64,000 nt of DNA from Sporopachydermia quercuum (lineage: Eukaryota): positions 372,001 to 436,000 of the forward strand of contig BCGN01000006.1 in assembly GCA_001599295.1 (NCBI GenBank), given 5' to 3'. The notes under the pieces are model-generated. The model was not told the DNA's origin, made no database searches, and saw nothing but the letters and a program-made list of their open reading frames with translations. Below are positions 23,898 through 36,923 of the stretch, one piece after another. Positions within the stretch are counted from its first letter, which is position 1; every line of letters begins with the position of its first letter. Position numbers and translations under genes: made by a program.

Positions 23898-25052
23898 TGT
23901 TTATTTGGAATGTTAACAGATTGTTATCAATTGAATTTATCTCCAGATTCTTTAAAGATACTAATCTATCTTGATAATTAATTGATATTCATTCATTCAT
24001 TCATAGAATCAATCAATCAAGATAAGAGTCTTTACAGCCAATAGAAGTAGCAACTCTCAGCTCAGGATCAGTCAATAACGATCAACCTGAAGCAAAGACC
24101 GTCTGATTCCAACTACAATCTTATTGCTATTTCCTTCACAATACTCTATCAATCATCTGTATATGTATCTTTCTGAATCAGACGCAAATAGATATCAACA
24201 GTTAAGCGTTTATCATGAACTTATCAGTAAGAATGGGATGATAAGTTTTTCGGGACATACCGAGATTTTTGAAAGAGTTTGTGAAGGTAATTTTATTAGT
24301 GTGGTGTGTACACCTGATTTGGGACAATACAGGGTTCAATTTAAGAAGGGCTTACAGAAGATGATAACNTCAATAAAAAGGACCAAGATAACGGAGTACA
24401 TATATTATGGCCCAGGGAGTGAGTGGGATCTATTTAGAGTATATGAGTTTTAAAGACTCGAAAAGTAACAAATTAATATCCAATTAACTGTTTAATTTGG
24501 ATTTGTATATTAATACTAGAATTTAGGAGCTTTTGGTGTGCTGAAATGCTGAGATTTGCTTGCTTCAAACGAAAACTGACACTAAGTAATATCTGATTAT
24601 GTATTCAAAATACATATCCTCATACCTAGCAATTGATCTGAGTAGAATAGCTGGAAAACGAAATGCTTCAAAAGCCTTAAATCTACTATAAATGTGGAAA
24701 TTTGCTATCAGAAGCTCAAATAATTGTTTGATAATTAAGTGTTGTTCTATGACTGCTCATAATCTCCATTATATCATTGTATTTATAAAATATACTCCTC
24801 ATATATACGCTTGACATTGAGTAGAAGATAACGTGATCATAAATAATGTTGAAGCACATTCCCATTACTATGGAAAAGAAATGAAACAATCAATCCATAT
24901 TATCTTCTCATTGAATGTTTGTAACAATTGAATTGTTACATATCGTTTGGTATAGGATAACACCCTTTCTGTTGTATTACTATATCATATTATACTAGAC
25001 TTGTTTCGGAAACTGAAGCGCTTAGTTTACTATTCCAGTTTATTGTATCGTT

Positions 25053-27216
25053 ATGACAGACTTCAATGGTAAGTGAATTACTCTAAACCGATAACTGTTT
25101 CCAAGGATCAAACAATTCACAGATCGCCTACGAGAAAAAATAATGTAAAATTAGGGCTTGGTAGCTCTAGGGCGCTCATATAGATGCAATTGAGTTGAAT
25201 AACTAACTTCACTTAGGTTTCTGTCCAATTCTAGCTGTGTTCTATGCTACATTCCATCCAACTGAAGGCACTAAAGTGCTACATCAAGTGCCATCAGGCG
25301 CAATTGTTACGCCAACAAGGGTAGATTCCTCTTCTATGGAAAACCCTTTGTTTGATTTCAATGAAATTAAAAACTATGTTATTCCTAAGCCTCAGCTATG
25401 TAATCGATTGGTATCTTGTAAATTAGACAACTATCGGATAGTTGGCTATCCTGTTCATATTGTATCCAGCTCGTACCCACGAAATTCATTCAACTTCAAT
25501 TTTTGCTTCGTCTTCTACTACAACCATGATTGTATACCCTATGAAAGTGCAATTCGAAGACTGGGAAAGATGTTTCAAGCTTTAGAAGAGCAATCAAGGT
25601 TTTTATCTACTCAGCAGGAAGTTCAAAGCGTAGCAGAGAAATATGGTTCAACTGTGTTTCCATTAGAAAGCATAATACAGCAGATATATCAAGATCTTAC
25701 CAATTACTCAGAATGTCTGATTCCTATTGACTCCTATAACTCTGTTGACATAAAATTATTTCCTGTGCTCCAACAACCACCTGATTTGCAACCNTGTCAT
25801 GTACCTATATCTACTGTTCGTCTTGAAGCACTTATTGATGAGAACTGGGATCCTACTATGGAGAAGATTGTCCCATATATAAACGGCATAAATTCAATCA
25901 AGAAGATATCACTGTTGGCTGATGCTGAATATTACCTGACCAAACAATGTGTACAACATTTGATGCATTATAAATGTATCATTATTGTTGATATATTCCA
26001 GTTCAGTAACATTTATTCTCCTACTAACCATATAGGCAATTTTGTTTCAGATGACACATTAGCAGAAGAATGTCAAGCTTATGTTGTTTATCCTTCACAA
26101 CTGGCAACTATTCCCAAGGAAGAACAAATAGGAAACTCTCAGGTTGATCTGAAGACCAAATCGTTCTCTGAACCACCTTCGTCACCTAAAATTAGAGAAA
26201 CTACTACTGGTGATGATTCTATCAAAGAAGTTATCAATAAATTATATGGTGATTCTTCCAGAATGGCAGAATCAAGGACAGCACCAATTCAAGTTCAATC
26301 AGGGAACTCCTTGAACAGGAAAAACTCCATGAACTCTATTCTACGTAAGTCAAGTGGAAGCTATCGATCGGGTAAAAACTTCCTATCTTCAATGATGACT
26401 AGCATTTCTCCCAAAACGGGTGTCTCAATCAAGCTTGATCATCCTTTGACTACGGGATCAACCATAGTTAGTCCTGTAGATGGGAGAAGTATCTCCGATG
26501 ATAAAATGCATTGTTTGGACTCTGAGCTGGAATCAGATCGAGAACCACGAGAAGAAACTGAGTCTGAGCAAATTGATTCTGCTGGAAACTCTGTTGGAAC
26601 TTCACCTGCTATCACTCGTAAGAACACTGTTACTGATATTGGAGGAGAAAGAAGAAGAACCATAGTGGTTCCGTCTAAGTCAACACTATTTTACCTTTAC
26701 AGATCTCTTCACCAAGGACAAACAGTGAAAGAATGGTATATTGAGCATGAAGATATGTTGCAAAATATTGATATCAGAAGATTTCTTTCTTTTGGAGTTA
26801 TTAAAGGTCTGATTTATAGAGTACAGTCGTATCCGGTAATGGATAATATAGACAATATTGTCTTAGTTGGAGATAGTGCTAAAGAAAGATTAAGTGTTTC
26901 TGGAACTTCTTTTATACGAAGACGGCATACTTCAGCCTCCGGTATGCAATTTAATATAGGCTCTAATTCTGGGTCACCTAGTAATTTTAATGCACTTGAG
27001 AGAGGAAATATAATACAGGAAGGAAAGCAAACTAGAAGTGATATGCCTGATACTAGAAAGGATAAACGAACATTACAATTAGAAATTAGACTTCTACGTT
27101 TATTGAGAAGAAGAGCTCATTTTGACTCTATATGTACTGAGCTAAATATGAGCCGGAAGGAAGTTGAACATTTGTTGGCAGATCTCAACGAAGATTGGAA
27201 CATGGTTAGCTTTTAG
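25053..27216 (+). CDS. NPR2: GATOR1/SEACIT subunit Npr2; exons 25053-25068 and 25217-27216
   Basis: MTDFNG|FCPILAVFYATFHPTEG across intron 25069-25216 (GTAAGT, AACTAAC, TAG). Also KNYVIPKPQLCNRL, YPRNSFNFNFCFVF, NWDPTMEKIVPYING and IDIRRFLSFGVIKGLIYRV. Confidence 0.95.
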
Positions 27217-29116
27217 CTGTTTGGTATGTATATTCTATAGCTTAAATATTTCTATGCACTGTATATTATAATGAACTCAAAGGTATTACGGACATAACTC
27301 TTTTAAAACTGTGAATTCAAGACTTTTCTGTGAACAATATTGTAGGCAAACCATTTACTAGCGAGAACTGGAAGCATTACTTTAGAATTCACTTGCTGCA
27401 AACTGAAATTTGCACTTCCNTTTTAGTTTTAGAGATATTCTCAAAATGGTTTTTATTCAAGAAAGAAATACTCTCAAACCTTGTATTTACCTTTATTTCT
27501 ACGACGATTCCTGCAAATGAAGGTTCATTTGCATGAAAAAAAAAAAAAAAAGAAGGACGGTCCTGCAGTTGTTACTTGATCGGGATGTGGTTTCGATTAC
27601 ACCATAATTTGAGCTTTTTCCTCTTTCAAGCAAAGTCTCCGATATACAAGCCTATTAGAGTTGAGTGATGACAAATTCATTTGCAATCCGAATCCTTGGT
27701 TGCGGTTTGTGAATAATAGTTTTAAATTTTCTCCCTTATATACAGTTACAATATAGTGAATCAAGACCTTAAAATTGATGTTTAGCTGTTATTAGGGTGA
27801 GTCATGTCGTTCTTGTTAATGAATTGGACATTGGTCTGTAGTTCGCGTAAAGAATAGTAATCACATATGATCTTGTATATGCTGTTGAACATTTCCTGAT
27901 TTGTTTTAAATAATGAAGAAAAATGGGAAATGCAGATACTATAGCAACGAACAGAATTAATCTTTATTCAATTTTTCATTTTTTTATTTTCTAAGTGCTG
28001 ATAAGTAAAATAAAATAAGATTCATAAAACCGTTTGCCAAGGAAGGTGAAAAGAAAAGTTTATTCCTTTCTATTTGTTCTGTTCAGCATGATACATCCTT
28101 GAGGAGCAACGTGAGAAAGGTGTCATAAGATATAGGATGGTATGAAATTATGTATTCTTTATAAGTGATGATGTTATATTGAGATTCATATATACATCAT
28201 TCCATGTGAGTAGTATTTGAAATCATGTTGAAACAATGCTTTATCAACAAGTCATTCTATTCTCTCTCTCCTTACTTATTGACGCCATTAGTCTCACTAC
28301 ATACCTATTTCATCTTAATGTGAATTAAAACTTAACCTGTTCCAACTATCGTCTCCCTTTTCAAATAATTAAATACTATTAGTGGGTTCACTGCGCCACN
28401 AACACCTACTCCCAATACATAATAAGAACTTTCCATTCAGGGACAGCTTTCTATCTCATTATTAGCTAGCAGATGATGCTATTATTGCAGGAAAATGATT
28501 ACACATCTTTCTAATTCTAACCTTATTAGTATTGTATTCTCTCCATGTGCCATGCACCAGCTGTTCGTAATTCTACCAAAATAAACATGATATGCCAAAT
28601 AGTAAACTAGAAGCCAAATTAGCACAAACTTTAATCCCGATCAAGTGTTTATTTTGCAGCCGTCGATTGGGCACTGCATGTAAAACAGAATAAAAATAAG
28701 ACCAGGTAAAAAGCCTTAAGGCATTTTACTCACTCTTGTTTTGATTTGTTTGTTTCTTTTCATTTTTCTCTCGGGTGTATTATTTGAAGGATAAGCATAT
28801 TAGAAAGAGTTATTAAGAGTCTATAAAACTATTTGCAGTGCCTTGTAACAGGTTAAATCGTGGCGGTTTCCGGCAAAACTATCATTATTGCGTCGTTTGT
28901 ATATTACAACAAACAAAGGGGAACCAACCATTTATCTTTCAATTTAAATAAGAACGAAAGCAGAACAAGTTAAATAGTATTGGAACAAAAAGCATCCAGA
29001 CCCTATTCAAGAACTTCCAGAAATAAGGAAAAGTGCTCTCATTTTAACATTCAGCACTCAACTACTTTTCCTGTGTTCATTATTCAACCTCCATCAAAAC
29101 AAGTTACCCCCATATA

Positions 29117-30601
29117 ATGGCTGAAGGCTTATCAATCGGTAACCTTAGCTTTCTCACTTTTCAAGCAGTAGCTCAAGTTGTTGTGATATGTGTGTGCGGA
29201 TTTTGGGCAGCTAAATCTGGAATTTTATCCCCAGAAGGACAAAAGCATGTTTCACGCATTAACGTTGATTTGTTCACACCAGCATTGATCTTCTCTAAAC
29301 TTGCACCTTCATTGTCAATACAGAAGTTGGTTCAAGTTTCTATCATTCCTATGTTCTATGCTGTGACAACAGGCGTGTCATATGTTGCATCTATTATCAC
29401 TTCTAAATTTCTGGGATTGAATGAACCAGAAACGAATTTTGTCACAGCTATGGCTGTGTTTGGTAATTCGAACTCTTTACCAGTCTCTTTGACCATCTCA
29501 CTTTCTTATACACTTCCCGATCTATTATGGGATGACGTGGAAAACGATACTCCTGATAAGGTAGCATCTCGTGGTGTATTATACCTTCTGATTTTCCAGC
29601 AGTTAGGACAAATGTTGAGATGGTCATGGGGTTATAATAAGTTGCTTAGAAAGCTCACTCCGGAAGAAAAATTAGCAATTAATGCTGCTGATGGCCTTTA
29701 CGATGAGGAACATGTTCCTGAATTCGTTGAATCAATGAACGGCGAAAGAGTAGCACGAATTACTGAAACTACATCTTTACTAGATCCAAATAGCAAATCT
29801 GCCTCTTCTTATCAGAGTAGTACCGAAGGTGATGAGGAGTTCACACCTTCTCCAGCATCTTCTTCTTCTTCGTCAATCACATCTATGAATCAAGCGGATA
29901 CGATAGCGGGTAAGAACATCAATAAGGGCGATAAGGTTGATAACGATGGTTCATTTGAAGAAATCACCAATACTCAATGGTCATCGGACTCCTCATCGTA
30001 TAATCAGCCTATTACTACTACGCATTTTTCGACACCTGTATGGAAAGTGAAGCTATATAGCTTTTACAAAGGCTTCATGGAATTTATGAATCCTCCATTA
30101 TATGCAATGATTGTTTCCATAATAATTGCATCTATTCCAAGTCTACAGTTTGAATTTTTCGAAAAAGGAGGTTTTGTTCAAAACACTGTTTCCTCTGCCA
30201 TCAAGCAGCTAGGATCTGTTTCTATTCCTTTAGTGCTTGTAGTATTGGGATCAAACTTGGTGGTTGAAGATGTGGCGCCACCTTCAAAAAGGTACAACAG
30301 AATTGTATTTGGTTCATTGGTGTCAAGAATGATTATTCCATCAATGATCCTTTTGCCTGCAGTATCTTTTTGTGTTAAGTATCTAGACATTTCAGTGTTC
30401 AATGACCCTATTTTCTTGATTGTTGCTTTCTTACTGACGATGTCACCACCTGCTATTCAATTATCTCAAATTTGTCAGCTGAATGAGCTCTATGAACAGG
30501 AAATGGCGGGTGTTTTGTTCTGGGGTTACGTTGTACTTACTTTACCCTCAACCATTGCTATTGTTGTTGCATCATTAAAGGTTCTGGATTGGTCCATGTG
30601 A
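29117..30601 (+). CDS. Auxin-efflux-carrier/PILS-family membrane transporter (YBR287W-like)
   Basis: Two hydrophobic halves around an S/E-rich loop; NVDLFTPALIFSKL, FGNSNSLPVSL, RWSWGYN, FMNPPLYAM, SPPAIQL. Confidence 0.88.
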   Translation: MAEGLSIGNLSFLTFQAVAQVVVICVCGFWAAKSGILSPEGQKHVSRINVDLFTPALIFSKLAPSLSIQKLVQVSIIPMFYAVTTGVSYVASIITSKFLGLNEPETNFVTAMAVFGNSNSLPVSLTISLSYTLPDLLWDDVENDTPDKVASRGVLYLLIFQQLGQMLRWSWGYNKLLRKLTPEEKLAINAADGLYDEEHVPEFVESMNGERVARITETTSLLDPNSKSASSYQSSTEGDEEFTPSPASSSSSSITSMNQADTIAGKNINKGDKVDNDGSFEEITNTQWSSDSSSYNQPITTTHFSTPVWKVKLYSFYKGFMEFMNPPLYAMIVSIIIASIPSLQFEFFEKGGFVQNTVSSAIKQLGSVSIPLVLVVLGSNLVVEDVAPPSKRYNRIVFGSLVSRMIIPSMILLPAVSFCVKYLDISVFNDPIFLIVAFLLTMSPPAIQLSQICQLNELYEQEMAGVLFWGYVVLTLPSTIAIVVASLKVLDWSM

Positions 30602-31300
30602 GGATGTGGGATGTCATTTGCATATATTTCATAAGGTCCCAGTTTATTCCTTGGGGGGTTTTTTATGGTGATAGTAAATACTGATTTTATTAGAATTCGT
30701 CGAGCAGGTATTTTCATCATCTTTTACTGGTTAGTTTTTTCTTTCTACTTTGAAACAAATTCATTATAAAGCACTCAGACGGATGAGCAGGTATTTGGGC
30801 AGAGACGGTTGGTCATTTGATTGTCTTGACTGCTCGATTTCATCCATATAGAAAGCAGTTTCTATGCATTCTGTTTACACTTGATCATTTACATGCTATA
30901 TATTTATTTTGATACGCATTTTTATTCACTCTTTTACATGACCATTATTGATGTTCAGAGTTTTTTGTCATTTATGATGACAAATAGAAACATTAGTTTA
31001 TGTTCAATTACATAAGTTAGCCATTGCAACCCTTTTATTTCCTATTCTATATTTATTTCCTTTTCTTTTCCATTCATCTATTTATTCTATTCTTGTTCTC
31101 AGCATGGCCTTCTTCTTTCTACTTTGGCTGGTTCCGGATCTGAACGAAGTTCAGAAGACTATTGAGCTAGTCTTTACCTCAAGTTATTTGTTATACTTAT
31201 TTTGTTCACACTTAGTGTTAGACAGTAGCCTCAGGTTCAATTGCATGTTAATGTTTTACTCCCACTTTTTACTTTTTTGTCGTAGTGCTAATGCTCCGCT

Positions 31301-31340
31301 ATATGATACGATATGGTATGATATGATATGATATGATATG
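31301..31340 (+). repeat. (ATATG)n microsatellite, about 8 units
   Basis: ATATGATACGATATGGTATGATATGATATGATATGATATG. Confidence 0.85.
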
Positions 31341-31564
31341 AGCGCCCTATGTTATTATATTTGCAAGCAGTAATGAATGTGCAAGTTTATTCGAATCTAT
31401 GAACAATATGATATGTATTATATATACAAGAAATGGTAATTCATAGTTGATCAGGCATAAGCATTTGATGCTTGAGACANACATAACCAACCATGTGATG
31501 ATTGTGGCTAATTGAAAATATGAGGACAGTAAAGATACTGATGAAAACGATGTTACCATTTAAT

Positions 31565-31864
31565 TTATTTCTTGAGCAAGAAGTTATTTTGCTTGATTTT
31601 GATTTTGTTAGCCTTCTTGACTTGCTTCCTTCTCCATCTAAGGTAATCATCCTTCAGTTCTTGTTCTTGTACTTCTTTGTCCAGTAAAGTCCAGAGCCAG
31701 TCAGGATATTCACTATCTTCTAATGCTAAAACGTCTTTACCTGATTTCTTGATATTGAGATTCAAATTTGTTCCAGCCGGACAGCTAGAAGCATATCTGA
31801 CTTGAGAAGAGAATAACAAGNCTCCTGTGCTTCTAGTAGCTCTTCTGAATGTATTTCGTAGCAT
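31565..31864 (-). CDS. MRPL37: Mitochondrial large-subunit ribosomal protein mL54
   Basis: Arg-rich presequence, then [37 protein letters not shown]...IKQNNFL. Confidence 0.92.
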   Translation of the reverse strand: MLRNTFRRATRSTGXLLFSSQVRYASSCPAGTNLNLNIKKSGKDVLALEDSEYPDWLWTLLDKEVQEQELKDDYLRWRRKQVKKANKIKIKQNNFLLKK

Positions 31865-32980
31865 TTTGAAGATTTTCGTTGTGTATATATCTATCTAATC
31901 TTGCAAGTGGTTTGTTCAAAAGCGTTGAACTATATATTCTGTATTCCCTTGGTTTCCTGATGTCCACTATACCCCTGTAGTAACTCCTAAAACCCAACTT
32001 TTAGCGAAAAAAAAATTACTGGTGAAACCTCGTTTGTTCATAAGCTGTAAGTTATCGATTCAGATTAAATGTTCTGATCTGTTATTCTCTATCTCTGCCT
32101 ATTTGAATAACAAAAGCAACCTGAATTTCTGTTCCATCCAATCACGTAGTATAGACTTCAAAAGCGAAAATTTTTGAGTTTTCTCTCTGAATAAACAAAT
32201 AAAGAGACTATTGATTTCAATATACTACACTAATATCATCTATGATGATTTATCATAATTGCGGCTATACTCTATTTTCCTCTCCCGTTGATGAGCAACT
32301 TTCACCAATCCTTTTTCTTTACAGAATACAAAAAAACGCTACGCTACTATTTCCAAGCCCCGCACCCGTTCACCTCTGATCTGACATCCTGACATTAGTT
32401 CGCTTTTATATATCAACTCATGTCCCATAACTAAACTACCTTATTTTCCCGACATCATGTCTCCCCATAAATCATGCTCTTGTCCCAACACTAGTCCCAA
32501 AGAAATAAAAATGTTAATAACTTGTAAAAGAATGCTATTTGAGATCAATACAAATAGCAGCACAATACTATAACTTGTGTTATTGCAGTGGCATATCAAT
32601 TGATTATTGACAGGAGGAAATAGATGAATGTGCTTTGAATTATCAAATGGACTAGAAATAAAGACATTGAATAAATTGTCTATATTCTGATCTGTTGAGG
32701 CTTGANAACAATAATAATATCCAAACGAAAAATCAGTAGCTAACCTGAAGTGTGTAGTGTATACCAAGCATCACACCACAGGCAGTTCAATTACATTTCA
32801 TCAATTACTTGCATTAATATAGAAGTTGATTGCAGTCCTGCTAATCCGTCAAGTTGCATTTGATGTCAATGGTAATCTCGATAACGTACGATTGGAGTTC
32901 TAAGGTTACGAGCAAGCTCTTTTGTTATTGATAAATCTCCCTTCACACGACACACTTATTCATATTCATATTCCTATACT

Positions 32981-35146
32981 ATGACGTTTGATTTCTCAGA
33001 CGTGAAGATCCCCGCAATTGACAAATCGACGTCAAGTGAGCCCAGAAACCTGATATCCATACGCAACGGTTCCCAGTTGTGTATTTTCAGTAATGGAAAG
33101 ATATATATAACAGATTTGAGAAAGTCATGGTCGAAAGTTTTATCACTAACGGTTAATTTCGATGTGCGAGAAGTTCTGATCAATTCTGCAGAATCCTTAA
33201 TAGCTGTAGTTGGATTGGATCAAGTTACGATTGTTCATGTGCCTAATATACAGCTGAGCAAGAAGCAATCTGAATATTTTCCCAAGCAACAAAATATCAA
33301 ATTTGATCCGGCAAGAATTGTGAAATGTTTATGGGACCCCAGTAGTATTTATAATGCTCAACTTCTGGTACTCACTGATGATTCAATAATAACATCGTAT
33401 AATGTACTGGAAAGCACAATAGATGAATACGACTTTTCTATTGAAGAACATTTAGATATGGACTTCAGAATTGTTTCTATGACTTTTGGTTGTCCCGCAA
33501 CTGTCCATGGTCCTTTGGTCTTATTCATCCTTACGAAGGAATCTAATATATACGCTGTATATCCGTTTGTTTCTAGCAAATTTGCGATTAAGGAGGAGAA
33601 TATTGAAGCTTTACTCAAACAAGCCATTGTACACACAGAAAACAATCCTGTACCAGCTAATTTGATCCAACTATCCTTTATATCAAGGATTTATGATGAT
33701 CTGACAAGCAGGGTTCCAAAGTATGAGCTCAGATTCACTGATAATGGAGGATATGATAAGTACCTACATTTGACAGGTGGGATCAGAGGCAAGTTGCAAG
33801 GTCCTTTCAGGATTGCTCCATTTCCTGACGATATCGATGATATGTCAGGTGTTGATATATCAAGTCTTTTATCTAGTGACTTACTAGCATTGACTGCTGA
33901 AGGCTTCACTATGCTATTATATAAAGACAGTTTAACGATGAAATGGGATATTTCAGATGATGAAGATAGACCGGTCAAAGAAGATGATCCGAGTGATGGC
34001 CCATTGGTAAAAGCAGAAGATACTGATGCCTTCTCGTTGATAAATCAACAGAAGTTCGGTGGTAAGATATTGGCTGTATCAGATTATTCATATTTGGTAT
34101 ACGATCAAACATCTAAATCTACCAAAATGATCACCTTTGTTAAAGGCGAAGACTTTTCCAAGTTACTTCTTTATGGAGCTAGTAGTGATGAGATTGTCCA
34201 AGATAATGATGATATTTCATTTGAATCTGAAGAAGATTTTCGCTGTGAAGTTTCCAGTTTGCCTTTAAAGGAGCAACTGAATGGATATCTCTGTTTAAGC
34301 CAATATGACGGTAAAAGTCTGATATTGGAGTCTTTCCTATTGTTAGCTACTTTTCTTATTACGATAGACTTACGAAACAATCCTTCTGTTGCGGTTGAGC
34401 ATGAGGAATGGAGTGGCCAAACAGAATCGCAACTCTCTCCTTCAAGAATTGATGAACTACATGGCGGTGATTTTCCAATTCTCAAGGCCTCTACTTTGAA
34501 AGATTTCACAGTAAAGTTTAGAACCCTACTGCCAAAGATTGAAGGTGTGAAAGTGGAGTATAACTCTAGTGTGTTGAAGCAATTACAAGAAACAGTAGAT
34601 GTTGTTCTAGACACAATTTACGAACTTGATGAAAATTCATTCCGAATATATCAAATGGGTGCCAATAAGCTGGCGGAGTTGCACAGACAGGCTTTAGACC
34701 TGGATTCCATTCTTGGTACAATAGATATGCTAGTTGATCAAGATGATGAATTAAGTGAAAACATGAGTCACGAGGAAAAGGATGAAGTCCTGTGTGAGAT
34801 TCAGGCAAAGAATGATCAGCTGGAGGAAAGGCTCGCCAAACTTAGTTTGAAGATTTCCTCCTGTAAGCTTCCTCTAACGGTGCAAGAGCAGGCGGTTTAC
34901 GATAAGCTGATAGGTACTGAAAAACAGTTGGAAAATATGTCATCAAAACTTACAACGGTGTCAGCTACTGTCGACAGTTTGGAAAGTAAACTCTCTGAAG
35001 GAAAACATGTTCAAAATTCAAATTCACGTTCACGTTCTATATCTACTTATTTCGGTAAAGATTGGGATCGTATAAAATTATTATTGGATGAACTTTNTCG
35101 ACTCTCTTCTTCTTTGAAAGAGCAGGAAGAGCGTATTCCCGTGTGA
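32981..35146 (+). CDS. NUP82: Nucleoporin Nup82-like
   Basis: Beta-propeller N-terminus (IVKCLWDP...LLVLTDDS, LFILTKESNIYAVYPF, LQGPFRIAPFP) and a coiled-coil C-terminus. It lies upstream of BNA3-YHC3-BIT61, as in S. cerevisiae YJL061W-YJL058C. Confidence 0.8.
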   Translation: MTFDFSDVKIPAIDKSTSSEPRNLISIRNGSQLCIFSNGKIYITDLRKSWSKVLSLTVNFDVREVLINSAESLIAVVGLDQVTIVHVPNIQLSKKQSEYFPKQQNIKFDPARIVKCLWDPSSIYNAQLLVLTDDSIITSYNVLESTIDEYDFSIEEHLDMDFRIVSMTFGCPATVHGPLVLFILTKESNIYAVYPFVSSKFAIKEENIEALLKQAIVHTENNPVPANLIQLSFISRIYDDLTSRVPKYELRFTDNGGYDKYLHLTGGIRGKLQGPFRIAPFPDDIDDMSGVDISSLLSSDLLALTAEGFTMLLYKDSLTMKWDISDDEDRPVKEDDPSDGPLVKAEDTDAFSLINQQKFGGKILAVSDYSYLVYDQTSKSTKMITFVKGEDFSKLLLYGASSDEIVQDNDDISFESEEDFRCEVSSLPLKEQLNGYLCLSQYDGKSLILESFLLLATFLITIDLRNNPSVAVEHEEWSGQTESQLSPSRIDELHGGDFPILKASTLKDFTVKFRTLLPKIEGVKVEYNSSVLKQLQETVDVVLDTIYELDENSFRIYQMGANKLAELHRQALDLDSILGTIDMLVDQDDELSENMSHEEKDEVLCEIQAKNDQLEERLAKLSLKISSCKLPLTVQEQAVYDKLIGTEKQLENMSSKLTTVSATVDSLESKLSEGKHVQNSNSRSRSISTYFGKDWDRIKLLLDELXRLSSSLKEQEERIPV

Positions 35147-35409
35147 TTTTGATGTGCCGTGATTTTGTTGCTTACGCAATTGACTCGATTTTGTTCCATA
35201 CCACTACATCATGATGACGATATATTCTATCATGTAAAATAAATAATATAAAAATAAAATAACCATTCACGTCTGCCTTCTGGCGACACTATAATTCTTT
35301 CATATATACTAATCTAAACAAATGTAAATAATCATTAGTTCCAGTTTCCATTATCTATACAACTATCCAACCAACCCTAGAGTGTTCAATGCCTTTTATC
35401 TGTGCCTCT

Positions 35410-35832
35410 CTAAAAGTCAGTCACTCTGCCATTGAACGAATAATCACCATGACGCAAAGGATCTTGTTTAGGTCCACCTCTTTCGCCAGTTTTTGGATTC
35501 ACATCACCTTCGAATTCAGGAATGGTTCCGATGTAGTCAGGGTGAAACCCACCGACATCGTTCTTGGAGAGAATGGGGGCAAAGGGCTCACTGTCATCAT
35601 TGTCTTTATCTTTGATTTGACTGTTGTATTCCCTTATGATTCCCTGTGTATTTGCAGCATGTTGTAGCTGCTCAAACTCTTCCTGGTCCTCTTTTGGCAG
35701 TTTTGGTGGGCCTGCCATAGTACCAAATCTGTCGGAATAGAATCTCATGCCAACAAGATTATTTTGAGAGTATGTCTTGATAGCCTTAGCTGTTTGTCTC
35801 CAGCTTCTGTTCACAAAAGTTCGTTCAAGCAT
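35410..35832 (-). CDS. SDH8: Succinate dehydrogenase assembly factor 4
   Basis: GPPKLPKEDQEEFE and a C-terminal PEFEGDVNPKTGERGGPKQDPLRHGDYSFNGRVTDF. Confidence 0.93.
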   Translation of the reverse strand: MLERTFVNRSWRQTAKAIKTYSQNNLVGMRFYSDRFGTMAGPPKLPKEDQEEFEQLQHAANTQGIIREYNSQIKDKDNDDSEPFAPILSKNDVGGFHPDYIGTIPEFEGDVNPKTGERGGPKQDPLRHGDYSFNGRVTDF

Positions 35833-36058
35833 TATTATGATGTAACTTAAGGGATATTTACTGAATCTCTTGCTCCTTGAAGATGTAATATATGCAGTAT
35901 AGAATAATAGCGATACTCCCCTAGCTCTCCCATGGGATGATCGTTCCTATACATTAGTTGAAAATTCAATGTCAGTAAGATCATATCTCTCATTGATCAT
36001 TTTCAGGGGATGGAGATGGCCACTTTAGTAGATTGGGACCTCATATATGAATCATTAT

Positions 36059-36564
36059 ATCACGTGATCTGTGTTTGTCCTATAGCACTAAATTTTGTCT
36101 TAAGACAATTAAGTATGACATTAGTATTTCACTTGCTTGACTTCCAAATACTCACTGCCATATGTTGCCGAAGAGTATTGGTTTGTTAACATTAGTCCTG
36201 AAAGAGTACTGATAACAATCAAAAAGGAAATTAAAAGTNTAATATTTAGAAATAAAGTAACCGAAAACATTCATAGAGATAAAAAGTAGAAAAACTAGAG
36301 TATTTACTTCTATTCTTGCTGACTCTTAGATACTTAACCAATGAATAAGTAAAATCTCGAATACACAAATTCTTCAGAGCAAAGCAAATTTACCTACTGC
36401 AAGTCAAGGCAAAAAATATCCTACAGAAGATTTCCGGGCAAGCAATGAAAATTACTCAAAACTCCCTTTCATATCAATAAATATGTTAACTATTCATATC
36501 CCATATCCATACAAAGCTTGCTCGTGTGGTAATCAGTACACATCCTCCGCTGATTTCACGTGAC
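36059..36564. promoter_or_regulatory. Two TCACGTGA E-boxes (Cbf1/Tye7-type) in the SDH8-BNA3 divergent promoter
   Basis: ATCACGTGAT at 36059-36068 and TCACGTGAC at 36556-36564. TATATAAA lies at ~36676. Confidence 0.4.
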
Positions 36565-36923
36565 AGTAAAGTTTGGCCGTTGATTACTCAAAGTGAGTGA
36601 ATGACAAATTCAATTATTATCCCCAGTCGAGCTCAACTCATATATTACCAGGTTCAAATACTAGAGACGAAAACATATATAAAGGATGGTAAGTCTTGTA
36701 CTTGAAGAGAAAGAGGCACTGAAAGATAAGAAAATAAACAGAAAACATTATTAGAGACAGGGTTAGTTCTGTTGGTTACCTTTTATTGTAGAGATAGTTC
36801 CACAGCAGGTGACTTACGCTTAGATCGATATTCTTTGATTCAAATTCGATAACAAAGAATTAGCTATTCTAACGCAACGAATAGTGAAAAACGTTCATAT
36901 CATTAAGCCAGAACGACGAATAT

